From contig MU619245.1 in the NCBI GenBank assembly GCA_025201805.1, positions 130,697-194,696 on the forward strand: 64,000 bases of DNA, written 5' to 3'. A model generated the notes under the pieces. It did no database searches. It saw only the letters and a list, made by a program, of their open reading frames with translations, and had not been told where the DNA came from. This document shows, one piece after another, positions 49,150 through 60,307 of this stretch (position 1 is its first letter; every line of letters begins with the position of its first letter). Source of the stretch: Parasitella parasitica NRRL 2501. Taxonomy: Eukaryota; Fungi; Mucoromycota. The position numbers were made by a program, and so were the translations under genes.

Positions 49150-50985
49150 TTTCTCTGTAAGAGACTTCGTCGTGGCGATTACGTTGTTCCATTCATGTAT
49201 GTAGTTTGCATTTATGTAAACTTCCTCTATATGGAGTTTATGAGCGTCGGAAAGTCCTCTCAGTGTCAGTAATAACACTTCCTTGGATGTCTGATGAACT
49301 TTTTGTATACTTTACCCACAATATTTGCAACACCTTGCTAATTTTCAATTTCAATTATAGGAATCTTGGCTATTCTTTTTTCACTTTATTTCTTGGCATT
49401 CTAATGTCATTTAATAAACTCAAAAGAGTCATCTACTCTTTTATATACCCTATTTTCGTTTTCTTTTTTATGTAATGTATACGAATTTTGCTTCTAATGA
49501 TGAATCCTTTAATTGCATATTCTGGCATCTCTAATATCAATGTACTTCCGTCTTTGGACCGAGGTATATAATGTATTTAACTTGTATTCTGAAAAAGACA
49601 ATTCGTATCGTTCAAATTTTACTTTTAAATAAAAACATTCTTGTACAGTGAACGCAGCGTTAAATTACAGATTTCTAAAAGTTTAGATTGCACTTTCCAT
49701 GCACAGCGATTTGCGGGTTTTTCAAAAATTAAATTGTAGCTTCTTGAACATCAATTTGCAGTTTTTTTGTGAAATCAAATTGCGGGTTAAACCTAAACAT
49801 ACTCTCATGGACACTTATCATTAAATGAGCTCTTTATTTCTATATTATCAAATTGATTACTAGAGTGCTGTATAAAGGTCTTTAAATAACGAATGGGAAC
49901 ATTATTGCATGCTTCCGCAATTCCTGTCTTAAGATCTTCGTTATTGGAAAAGACTCCTCTTTGAACTTTGTTTTTGACAACAGACCAAAATTGCTCAATA
50001 GGACTGAATTCAGGAAAATAAGGAGGAAGATAGATGCTCCTGAAACCTCTAGAAGTGATTCATTCATCAGTGTCTTTGCGCGTATGGATGGGAGCATTAT
50101 CCATGTAGTGATGAATAAAACAAGCAATAGAAAAGGGGACAGATAAGATCACGAGAATCCCTTATGTTACAGTTTATTTTCAAAGTAAAGAAAAATACAA
50201 GTTTTCAAATTTATCAAAAAGGGCTCCTTATATATCTTCATGCTGGTTTCTAATTAATTGACCTAATGATTCAGAGTATCGTCATATCTTTTTCTATCTA
50301 TATGGGATGTAATATTATTAATCATTCTGATTTTTTTTATGTTGAGTGAAAGATAGTTATCCATGCGTCTGAACCTATTTATGTTGGGCCAATGAAAACT
50401 CAGAGATTTCCCAGAACTAATAAATTTAGCACAGACCACACTAGGCTTCTATTTTAAATGCAATCAATCTTGTAGTTTTGTTGAGGACGGGAAATGTTTT
50501 AGTACACTTGATCCTGCTTAATAATCTATACATATCTTTTTATATAATCATACGTTATATTGGGTATCTTGTTTCAAATGTCAATGCACTGAATTGTTTA
50601 TTGTATGCTTTGGTTATTTAGACAATGAACATAGTGTATTTACAACACATTGGATCTAAAAGATATCTTCCTTTTCTTCGTTTCAGTAGCCATGGTTTAT
50701 ATTCTGGAGTGTGATAATGTTGAGAAGCTTCAGCTGATCTTTCTATTTTTGTTCTTTGATCCAACAAATTATTCATACGTATTTTCTGTTTTTTTATCTG
50801 ATTCAACAGGAGTATTCTTGTAAATCGATATAATTCACCTGATATAATATTCAATATGTGGCATAAGAGTATTTTTTCAAGCATTTCCATGAGTTGCTTA
50901 GATACTGTTATTCGTAATTATTTAATGTATTTTTGCTGTTTACAACATCTGTAACTTGGCTTTCACTTAGTATCCATTTACTCAT
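49150..50985 (-). pseudogene. Highly degenerate nuclease-like gene, possibly a Fanzor1 (TnpB-derived) relic, split by a nested insertion
   Basis: Ordered fragments: 'YLLDP..KYTM...KQFSALTF..YP..MII.KDMYRLL', 'RYELSFSEY', 'KIRIHYIKKK', 'KIPIIEIEN.QG..VGKVYKKF', 'FRRS.T', 'C..WNNVIA'. Many stops and frameshifts; catalytic residues not cleanly readable. Confidence 0.35.
49646..50170 (+). mobile_element. Truncated Tc1/mariner-like fragment
   Basis: TA|CAGTG end at 49644-49650 followed by repeated ATT(T)GC(A/G)G motifs. Decayed DDE_3-like segment 'NFVFD...APETSRSDSFISVFARMDGSIIHV'. Confidence 0.4.
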
Positions 50986-51053
50986 TAGATCTGTGCTCGG
51001 CTTATAAACTAAAGGAAGAGAAAATAAATGAAGAACAGACGAAGAACTTGATT

Positions 51054-51122
51054 GTTACCTCAGAGGTAACGGTTTTCTTGTTGCCTCAGAGGTAACGGTT
51101 TCTTTGTTACCTTAAAGGTAAC
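51054..51122. repeat. Array of three 17-bp palindromes with 26-bp period (left arm)
   Basis: GTTACCTCAGAGGTAAC (51054), GTTGCCTCAGAGGTAAC (51080), GTTACCTTAAAGGTAAC (51106). Confidence 0.92.
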
Positions 51123-51324
51123 AATTTTTTTGTTATATTTTCAAATCAAACTCACAAAATATTTGGGGGTACCTACAAAATCTGAATATAAATCTCACAA
51201 AAATGATCTAATCAAACTCACAAAATTGACCTAGTCAATCTCACAAAAATTACTTATCGAACCGACAGTACTTAGGAATAACAGCTTTGATAAAGAGAAT
51301 CATTTTATTCAATAAAACATAACA

Positions 51325-52393
51325 CTAATTTTCAAACGTGAGATCTTCTCCAGCAATACATCTATTGACATTATTGACACAATGATGGACCCATCCTTCA
51401 CAGTCTTGAGGCGTTATTTTCTTCTCTGCTTCCTTAATGAGCTCCAAGATAGTCTCTTTGTTTTCCTTTGGGTTCCTTCTAACAAAGTTTTTCAATTTGT
51501 TGAAGCTAGTTTCTATAGGATTTAGCATAGGAGAATATGGTGGCAGAAAATGACAGCTATGTTTTGAGTGTTTAAAAAGATCCTGTACAATAGGACTTTT
51601 GTGAAATTTGACATTATCCATAATAAAATAGAATTCTTGATGTGAATACTCTTTATCAACCCATTCCAACAGCTGCTTGATAAATTCAGCAAAGATAAAC
51701 CTGTTTGTAGAACCATCTACCATAACAGCTTGTAAAGATTCAACCCGTTTTGCTGAAATAGCACCAATGATTGAAATGTTCTTGGCCTTTTCATCTTTGT
51801 GAATACATGGGCCTTCTTTCCTTTGGCTGATCTCGCACGTCCAGGTACCATACAAGCATTAAATCCACTTTCATCAACAAAAATACAATTTGTCATGTAA
51901 TTAATGCCCTTGAGCGAAAGGCCAATGCAGTAACCTTTTCGCTCTCTTGCTATTCTTTCAGTTGTTTGTATTTCTTCCACTGGCGATGTTCTCTTGAGAG
52001 TCAAGCACAGCTTCTAAGTTATATGTTTTTGGATTGTAGAAATCCCAATTGCATTTTTTGAAGGAAACTCTACTGGGAACTCGTCAATAAGTCTTTGCTG
52101 CAGTTGCTCTAATGTCAAAATATTTCCTTCATCTTCTTCATCAATTATATTTCTTAAAAATTCAGAGTGGATTTGCTGAATCTTTACATTTCGTGGGCCT
52201 CCCCGAGCACGGTTTCAACAGAGTCAGTTTTACGAAATCGATCAAGGATATCTCTGACTGTTTTGTCAGCTATTCGATATTTTTGACAGATTTCTTCTAC
52301 TGTCATAAAACCCATAAAATGGTCAAAGCAGATTTTCTCTCGGGTTTCCACAGTTGTATGTGTGATATTGCGTTGAAGGTTTTTATTAGGCAT
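51325..52393 (-). pseudogene. DD34E transposase (HTH + DDE_3) with frameshifts and a stop
   Basis: 'CIFVDESGFN' and 'FIMDNVKFH...LPPYSPMLNPIE' (34 residues between D and E), with an N-terminal HTH. Broken at ~52200, ~52015 (TAG) and ~51795. Confidence 0.92.
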
Positions 52394-52666
52394 GATATTT
52401 TAAATATAAAGAGATAATTTTATAATTCCAAAAGACTAGGTGGTAAAGATGATAAGTGAAGAACGAAGTATATTTATATATAGACATGCTTCGCCAACAT
52501 GCATAAAGCATGATGCTATTTTATTATAATCCTTAGTTTTTTTTGTGAGATTGACTAGGTCAATTTTGTGAGTTTGATTAGATCATTTTTGTGAGATTTA
52601 TATTCAGATTTTGTAGGTACCCCCAAATATTTTGTGAGTTTGATTTGAAAATATAACAAAAAAATT

Positions 52667-52735
52667 GTTACCTTTAAGGTAACAAAGAAACCGTTACCTC
52701 TGAGGCAACAAGAAAACCGTTACCTCTGAGGTAAC
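52667..52735. repeat. Array of three 17-bp palindromes with 26-bp period (right arm)
   Basis: Mirror copies at 52667, 52693 and 52719. Confidence 0.92.
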
Positions 52736-53026
52736 AATCAAGTTCTTCGTCTGTTCTTCATTTATTTTCTCTTCCTTTAGTTTATAAGCCGAGCACAGAT
52801 CTAATGAGTAAATGGATACTAAGTGAAAGCCAAGTTACAGATGTTGTAAACAGCAAAAATACATTAAATAATTACGAATAACAGTATCTAAGCAACTCAT
52901 GGAAATGCTTGAAAAATACTCTTATGCCACATATTGAATATTATATCAGGTCAATTATATCGATTTACAAGAATACTCCTGTTGAATCAGATAAAAAAAA
53001 CAGAAACTGATTTCATTGAGTTTTAG

Positions 53027-53600
53027 GTGCGAGTCTTAGTTTTATCTCTGCCAAATCGATGAAGTATAAAGACTTTAATTACAACATTCCATCGGCACCA
53101 GACAAATCAATTGATGCTCTTGATGCCCTTGGCACCTCGACTACACATAATAATATGGAACTTATTATAGAGGTGTCAAGATAATGCGTTTCATGCATTA
53201 TTTAAAAATAACAAGTTTTATCTATTTATTTAGTGGATAACTTAAAATACCACACATTCAATTGAAGACACTCTGAAAATATCAAAACGTGGAATATCAT
53301 GATTAAGAAAGAGGCAGCCTATTATAACGGTGCGTCATTGTCGACATTCATGAAGCCGAAGGTGCCAAGTCACCTTATCAGAAATCTCCCTTGATGATGG
53401 AATACACTGGAAATGTAAAACCAAATTGCCAACAGCTTGGAGTGATAGGATGGGTCTAGTACAATATATGGAATTTCTAGTATCCCCGTATATAATTTTA
53501 TAAGAAATTTAAGTTAGATTGAGTAGAACTCATCTAATTTTATTGTTTTTCAGGATGCTTGTCCATGGGATCCGAAAGCAGCTTATTTAGAGAAAGAACT
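53027..53600 (+). pseudogene. Second, 5'-truncated REase-like pseudogene fragment
   Basis: ag|G-TGC-GAG 'WCE...DALDALG...ELIIEVS...THSIEDTLK' shows the same motif order and intron phase as the 24650-27900 pseudogene, with stops and frameshifts. Confidence 0.55.
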
Positions 53601-54201
53601 GGTTTGATTTCTTTCAGTGGCCTTTTCATTGGATCAGTATTAAATGACAATTAAGTAGCCGAGAAATTTAGAGTTGCCATGAAAATATTAATGTAGCTAA
53701 GGGTGTAACAAACATGCACATACTTTGTTGATTACCATCTCATATTGATGTTATGAAAACTTGAAATATAATGCTTCGTATAAATGTTGGGGTACATTGG
53801 ATATCTAGTGGCGGATTTGATGAGATTTTAGCACATTACAAAGTGGGTTTTATTGTGCTGCTTTTGACACATTTAAGTAAACATCGCAAAGCATTCATGG
53901 AAAGACATTTTTGTGCGAATGATTGTAGAGATCAAACAAACAAACGGTATGGAAATCAACCTGCTGTAATGCTCGTCCTAAATCATGCTAAGCTTCTATC
54001 TATTTTATTTGTTTCTAAAGCCGATGTATTTATTGATACATCACAGATATGTGTGTGCAGACATCTGAATGACCTGTTGATACAACGCAAAACCCTAAAA
54101 AAAAAACTCCCCGGGCGCAACAAACTTTTATCAATCGAATACAATGCGATAAACTCTTCTTCTCTCTATTCCTCAATACTTTTCTAACTTTCTATTAAAA
54201 T

Positions 54202-55028
54202 ATGAATCTCTCAATTGGTTTCAGAGTTATCAACATTGTTGTAGCAGCATTCTTGATCATTGGTGGTGTTATGACATGTATTGCGGGAGGTATAGCATGT
54301 ACAATGATTGCATTGACGAGACAAGTTTCTGAATCGTCTTTTGTGTAGGTTTCCCTAATTTCATTCAAGGTATCTTTGTAATGTAAAGTATAGTATATAT
54401 GGCGTATAATTCATGCAAGGTATTCATGTCATTTATGATTGTCTCATAGCATATTTGGTATTATGACAGCAATCTTCGAGTTTAGATTGCCTGCCATTAT
54501 CACTCAATTCGCCTCTTTCATGTTTTCATTTATGGGACGTGGTATTTGTAAGTATATAAATGTAATGACGGCCAGCCTATCTCCATTGTTATTAATACAA
54601 TTACATCTTACTAGTCTATACCTTGTGAGTCGCAAACGAAAATTGCAGTAGTATGCTTTGTATGACTAATCTTTTTGAATATTAGCCTCGGAGCTATTAC
54701 GTTGAACTATGGTGGTCTTGCTCTAGCTTCTGGTATCATTGTAAGTTAGATTATCTTGACACTATAGACGCGATGAAATTTTGATTTTTGCGGTTCATTT
54801 TTCAAGGTTGCTGTATTTGGTGTAGCCTACATCGTTCTTCATTTCTTTAAAAATATTGAAGCACCATCTAATATGCAAAAGAAGGCCTATGAAGATGCTG
54901 TTGGGTATTCTACGCAGGTAAATGATAGTCCATCTCCTAATTTCCAGGCAGGCGGTGGCTATCCTCAGCCTGGACAGCAGCCTACTTATCCTTCTGCAAA
55001 TTATGCAAACCCTACTGGTGCCGTCTAA
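54202..55028 (+). CDS. TVP15: Tvp15 / COPI-associated Golgi membrane protein
   Basis: 'FRVINIVV...FEF...FASFMFSFMGRGIFYTFLG' assembled from 6 exons, including a 10-nt exon. Confidence 0.8.
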
Positions 55029-55235
55029 CGATCTCAAATATCATGAAACAAAAAAATTAATTTTAAGAAATAAAAACATATGGAGACGCTACGATACAGT
55101 GTTTTGTATTTTGCAGGATTTATGATCATGGAAAAGTGTCTGTCTTTGTCACCTCGTGTAAAATTCGTGCAAAGGTGTTGATTTTCAATGTTTATATTAC
55201 AAAATATCGTTTATTTGGATTCTAAATAATAGGTT

Positions 55236-55853
55236 CTAATCTTGAAGATCATTGACATCACCGCCGAAAACGCCCTTTCTGTAGTGCTCACGCTGCTTTC
55301 TTAACCAAGCTCTATAATCTTGAACTGATTGAATCTTTTCACCGTAATAATCTGGAACAGGATTACGAATAGAATTGAGACGGGCATCTGCACGATTCTT
55401 TTTAATGTGTTCATAAAATTCTTTATCACGGACATCCATAGCTTGAACAACCTTTCCATTCATCAATTTGAAAAGTGCATTGCCTACCACAGGACCCATT
55501 AAAAAGCCACCGAAACCCTAAACTAAATGTTAGTCTACATGTCAAATGTCATTTAAGCGAAAAATCTTTACAGCGGCAAGAGTAGAAGCGACGGCAGCCA
55601 TTAAAGGGTCCATACCAAGAACTTTTGTTAAGGGATCGACCTGCATTTGTAAGAAATAAGTCAAAGTGCCAGCAGCTGGACCGACTGTGCTTGGCAAGTA
55701 TGAAGCAACTTCATAGACACGTCTCTTCTTTCTAAGCTTGAAATAATCGTTCCATGTAGGGATGACATTTTGTGTCGAAGCAAAATTAGCTTTTGTGGAA
55801 GAAAAACGAACTTGAGATTTAAGTAACTGATATCTGAAGGGTGCTAAAGCCAT
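55236..55853 (-). CDS. PAM17: Mitochondrial presequence translocase-associated motor subunit
   Basis: 'TWNDYFKLRK', 'LGMDPL', 'DKEFYEHIKKNR' and 'NPVPDYYGEKI.S..DYR.WLR'. Confidence 0.93.
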
Positions 55854-56128
55854 TTTAAGGAATATTTAAACTAGGAAAAAAGAAAGAGGAAGAAAAAGAA
55901 AAAGGAGGGGTTCTCTTTGTCCTAGTTGGAGTCTGTCCGGGCGGCTTCAGCTGCTCAGATGTTGATGGTTTTATCCATTAGCTAATGACGTTGCAAAATG
56001 TCCAATTTAACGAAAATCCTTTTTTCTTTTCTTCCTTTAATCTTTTACACCTAAATTCCTTCCTATAATACTTGCATTTTAAATATATAAAAGATCAATT
56101 AAAAATGGAATAAACCTCACAAAGGATA

Positions 56129-56950
56129 ATGTCTACTTTTGTATTTGCACCAAGTTGGGTAAATTATCCAAATCAACCTAAATGTGAGTTCACAAAAAAT
56201 TCGTTGCCATGAAACAATACTAACGCATGTGAGCTAGCAATAAAAGAAACTGACGACTTTCCTACTTTAAATATAAAACAACAACAACCAATAGTAAAAA
56301 ACAACAATAATGTCTGGTCAAATCCCCATTTAATCCGCAAAATACACAGCTCAAATGATGATCAACAAAACGAGGATGATGAAGGAATGGAAGAAAAAAG
56401 ATATCAGCTAGAACGATTAAAAGCGCTTGTGCCAAAAACAAAAAGATCACTATCCAATACCTTATATACTTCATCAAAAAACGCCCCAACACCATGTATA
56501 TCAACTAATAAAAAAACCAATCCCTTGAGGAAAGCTAATACGAACAAGAACATTATTACCAATCGAAAATCAGTCAATTCTCAGACAACCAGCAATAATC
56601 ATACACATACTAATACCAAAACTACAACAACAAGTACCACTATTTCTTCGATCATCATCAAAGAAGAGCAAAAAGAACTTCCACCCAAAGATGTTATTTC
56701 AAAACAAGAGCAGCAAAATTTCATCTATTTTATAAAAGCATGGACATCAACAGGGATAATGCAGTCGCCACAACATCACGATGATGATCATCGATTAAAA
56801 GAATACTCTTACTTTGACTTTAACAATAATAACTCTAGCAGCAGAAGCAGCTCCAGTAGTTATTATAGCAGCAGTAACAGTAGCAATGAAAGTATCATTA
56901 CTTCGAATGATTCCTATTTCTACTACCATCCATTTCCTCCTCCAATATAA
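56129..56950 (+). CDS. Low-complexity hypothetical protein, possibly vasculin/GPBP1-like
   Basis: Exon 1 MSTFVFAPSWVNYPNQPK, then a GT-AG intron (56184-56237), then in frame with ORF 56387-56950 (DDFPTL, LKALVPK, ISKQEQQNF). Confidence 0.55.
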
Positions 56951-58008
56951 CTCGACCAGATGTTATCATTTGCAAAGAAATATCACTATTGGATTCTTTT
57001 TTTTTTTTTTGTTCATCTGTCATGTTTGATTAACTATCGTTGGATTTATATATTAAACATAAACTTACTCACACTGAAATCAATAAACTCTTCTACTATA
57101 TTATATTGCCAAATCGGCCTCTCCTGCTTTTTGCTCTAAAAAAATATGTTAGATTATGGTGACAGATTACGAATTAACTTTATGAACACTGCCAGGGCCT
57201 GAAGCGGCTGGCATTGAACACTTATGCGAGATATTATTGAAGCTTGAATATTACACAACAAGCTTGAGTATCATAGGATGACTTATACACACATTAACGT
57301 ATACTAACTTTATCCAAAATATTAACTCATAGCTTTGCAAGTCATTCTCTCTGAAAAACCTCTGATATTTCGCTTCCTTTCAAAAGTTCTAAATTCAAAG
57401 ATTTAGGACAATAATTGCCTTTCAGCTAGAAGTCCAAACAAATACTCGAGTTACACATGGAATTTATGGCTATAATCCTAATCTATGTTTTCACAGACAT
57501 ATTAGACTATTTTAGCTAAAACTATTTGTAAAGATTAAAGCCAATTCGTTTGATCAGTGCATTATTGTATTATTGTATGTAAACAATTATTTTATTAATC
57601 GGTTGCTCCACAAACTAGAAAAGAAAAACACATTTCATTTGCTTTTCTATGACTTCTAGTCTACAACTCTGTAGATTTTGATGCACTGTTCCGTGTCCCA
57701 TCTTCGGTTTCTGGAAAAGCAATGCCCTGAATCTTAAAAGTTTTGTTCCATGAGCAATCATCTCGAAATGAGTTGATTACTTCACAGATGTCTTTTCATT
57801 TTACCCCTTAACACGATGATAATGAGTAAAACCCTGATGACGGTGAGCCTGTGAGTGTGGTAATTATAACTGTGTGAAAGGAGGAAGGGCGGTCTTGCAA
57901 AATATCATCTGCTGGAGCATCTATTAGGAAACATTGTTATCAATTAACGTGAATTACAAAAACTCGACTTCTCTTTTCTTTTCACTTGTTCTCACAATAC
58001 ATAAGATC

Positions 58009-59589
58009 ATGACAATAGACAATGAGAAATTTGGAGATCAAAAAGGTGCTACACAGCTATCACCTCTCCGCATAACAAGTACAATAAAAAAAGCTGCTGG
58101 TCCACCTGTTACTACTAGAAAAAGCACACATAGTCGAACTCAATCCATTTCAACACAACCTGTTACTCAAAAAAAGAAACAACAAAGCCGAAGGGGATCT
58201 CTACCTACAGCAATTCATGTGAATGAAGCAAATCGTTTCTATCACTCATCTTTGAATTCGCCCATTCGCTCTCCCTTCTTGTTATCGCCTATACCGCCAC
58301 TGCCAGAAAAAGGTGCCATAGCAATTCATATTGCAAATCCAAAATCAGATGTTGACTCTCACTACATTACGAAACATGAAAACACCATCAAAAACATGTC
58401 GTATATTCTTATATGGTACTTTTTTTCAACATTATTATCACTATACAACAAGAATCTGATGGGTCGTGATCGATTCAATTTCAACTTTCCTCTACTGGTC
58501 AGCTCTATCCATGCAGGACTTCATGCGATCATAACAACGTTGATGATGTGGTTGGGAGGCAATCGGTGGAAAAGTGCTACGGTTGGGATGACCCTAAACG
58601 ACTACCTTTTCAAAGTAGTAAGTAACTTGCACCCTACAAGAACGATATGATCAACTAACTGTTCATCAAAGGTGCCGTGTGGAGTGGCAGCAGCTGTAGA
58701 GATTTGCTGTTCTAATGCAGCACTTGTATATATCACACTATCATTTTATACCATGGTCAAGTCCAGCACACCTATCTGGGTTTTACTATTTTCATTTTTG
58801 TTTGGATTTGAAAGGCCCCGCTTATTGTTGGTTGCTATCATTGTTGTTATGGTAGTAGGTGTTATTTTAACTGTGGAAGGAGAAACGAAATTCGATCCAG
58901 TTGGATTTTCATTAGTATTGATTGCATCTATTGTATCTGGTTTACGGTGGAGTATGACCCAATTATTACTGCAACATGAAAATATGGGCATCAGCAATCC
59001 TATTGCCACTTTGTATTATCTGACGCCTGTTATGTTTGTCACCATGTTCACACTTAGCTTGATATTTGAGCAGCCACTAGATCAATTTCAACACTCAAAG
59101 CACTTTGATACAGTGTCACATATCATCGAATCTTTTGGACTAATGTCTATTGGAGGACTCTTGGGTAAAGTTGGATCAGGATAAATATTCTATGACAATA
59201 TTCATTTTTTTGATATTTAGCTTTTGCAATGACATTGGCAGAATTGTATCTTATTAAGAGCACTAATACAGTTACACTAAGTGTTGCAGGAATCAGTAAA
59301 GAGATTGTTATTATTATGCTTTCGGTAATGATTTATGGAGATGTGTTGACATCTAAAAATGTTCTCGGGTAGGTATTTCAATGATTATCATGTGGATTAT
59401 ACTAACCAATAAGCGCGTAGTTTACTAGTATCTATAATTGGTATCATTGCCTATAACTACTATAAGCTATCCAAGAAGAACAATTCAGAAAAAGGACAAT
59501 ACCAAATGATTCCATTGCATTCATCATCATCTAATAACCTAAACAGTACTTCTGTGACTAATTCAACCACTAGAAATTTAAGAGATTAG
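58009..59589 (+). CDS. TPT-family nucleotide-sugar transporter (SLC35C2/Ymd8-like)
   Basis: 'WYFFSTLLSLYNK', 'YITLSFYTMVKSSTPIWVLLF', 'SGLRWSMTQLLL' and 'VTLSVAGISKE'. Confidence 0.9.
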
Positions 59590-59828
59590 ACAATGCCCTA
59601 AAAATAGGGTTATTTTCGCAATGCGACTTGCACAACAATGCAAAAAATAAAAATAGCACTTGCCTAAACAAACACAAGAATACAAAATGTGTTTAGCTGT
59701 TATGTCTAAAAGTGGCTTTCCTTGTGAAGTAGTATGATTTATTTTTAACAAAAAAAAAAAGAGAAAACTTATTTTCAAAATATGAGATATGAGATAGAGT
59801 ACAGGAATGAAATTTGGGTATGGCATTT

Positions 59829-59916
<88 letters not shown>

Positions 59917-59957
59917 NNNNNNNNNNTTAATGAAAAGCTGAGCAATGTTAAGCCTAT

Positions 59958-60307
59958 TCATTCAGTTTGTAATCCATCTTGATTAGCCGTATTATTGCTA
60001 TCCGGTTCTACTTTTGTGTTTGAGTTGATTTTCAAAGAAGGGATCATTGGTTTCTTTTCTTTATATAAGCTTCTCTGAGAACATAAGTCGGATGGCTTTT
60101 TGAGAGGCTTTTTTGTCAATGTAATCCCTTCGGGACCTTGAGTATAATAATGCGTGCCTTTACCATCAGAAACTCTTTCAGCAACACCGTTTTTATCCAA
60201 AATAACCTCGACTGTTTTGGGCTAATGTGTATATGAAGTGTCAGTTTAATATTAAATAAAATGATTCATTTAATTCCAACCTTATCATGAGAAATACAGC
60301 AACCCAT
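59958..60307 (-). CDS. Small lipid-anchored hypothetical protein
   Basis: Exon 1 MGCCISHDK (myristoyl/palmitoyl-type start), then a GT-AG intron, then ORF 59958-60200. Confidence 0.65.

Larger units (their letters stand above)
50783..53006 (-). mobile_element. IS630/Tc1-mariner element with ~467-bp inverted repeats
   Basis: Arms 50783-51249 and ~52540-53006 are reverse complements (3 differences seen) and enclose a DD34E transposase pseudogene. Confidence 0.9.

Noticed and set aside
51054-51122. Palindromic repeats as a CRISPR-like array
   Set aside because: Only three units, with 9-bp near-identical spacers and no cas genes, and they lie within transposon arms in a eukaryote.
57834-57880. 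CTGATGA...GAAA hammerhead ribozyme core or C/D snoRNA
   Set aside because: Stem II cannot close and no stems I/III or convincing box pair were found.
59830-59926. Long poly-T tracts and N runs (also 9567-9609, 25087-25123, 41241-41280, 43320-43381)
   Set aside because: Homopolymers next to assembly gaps; lengths are unreliable, and the poly-F/K ORFs they create are artefacts.
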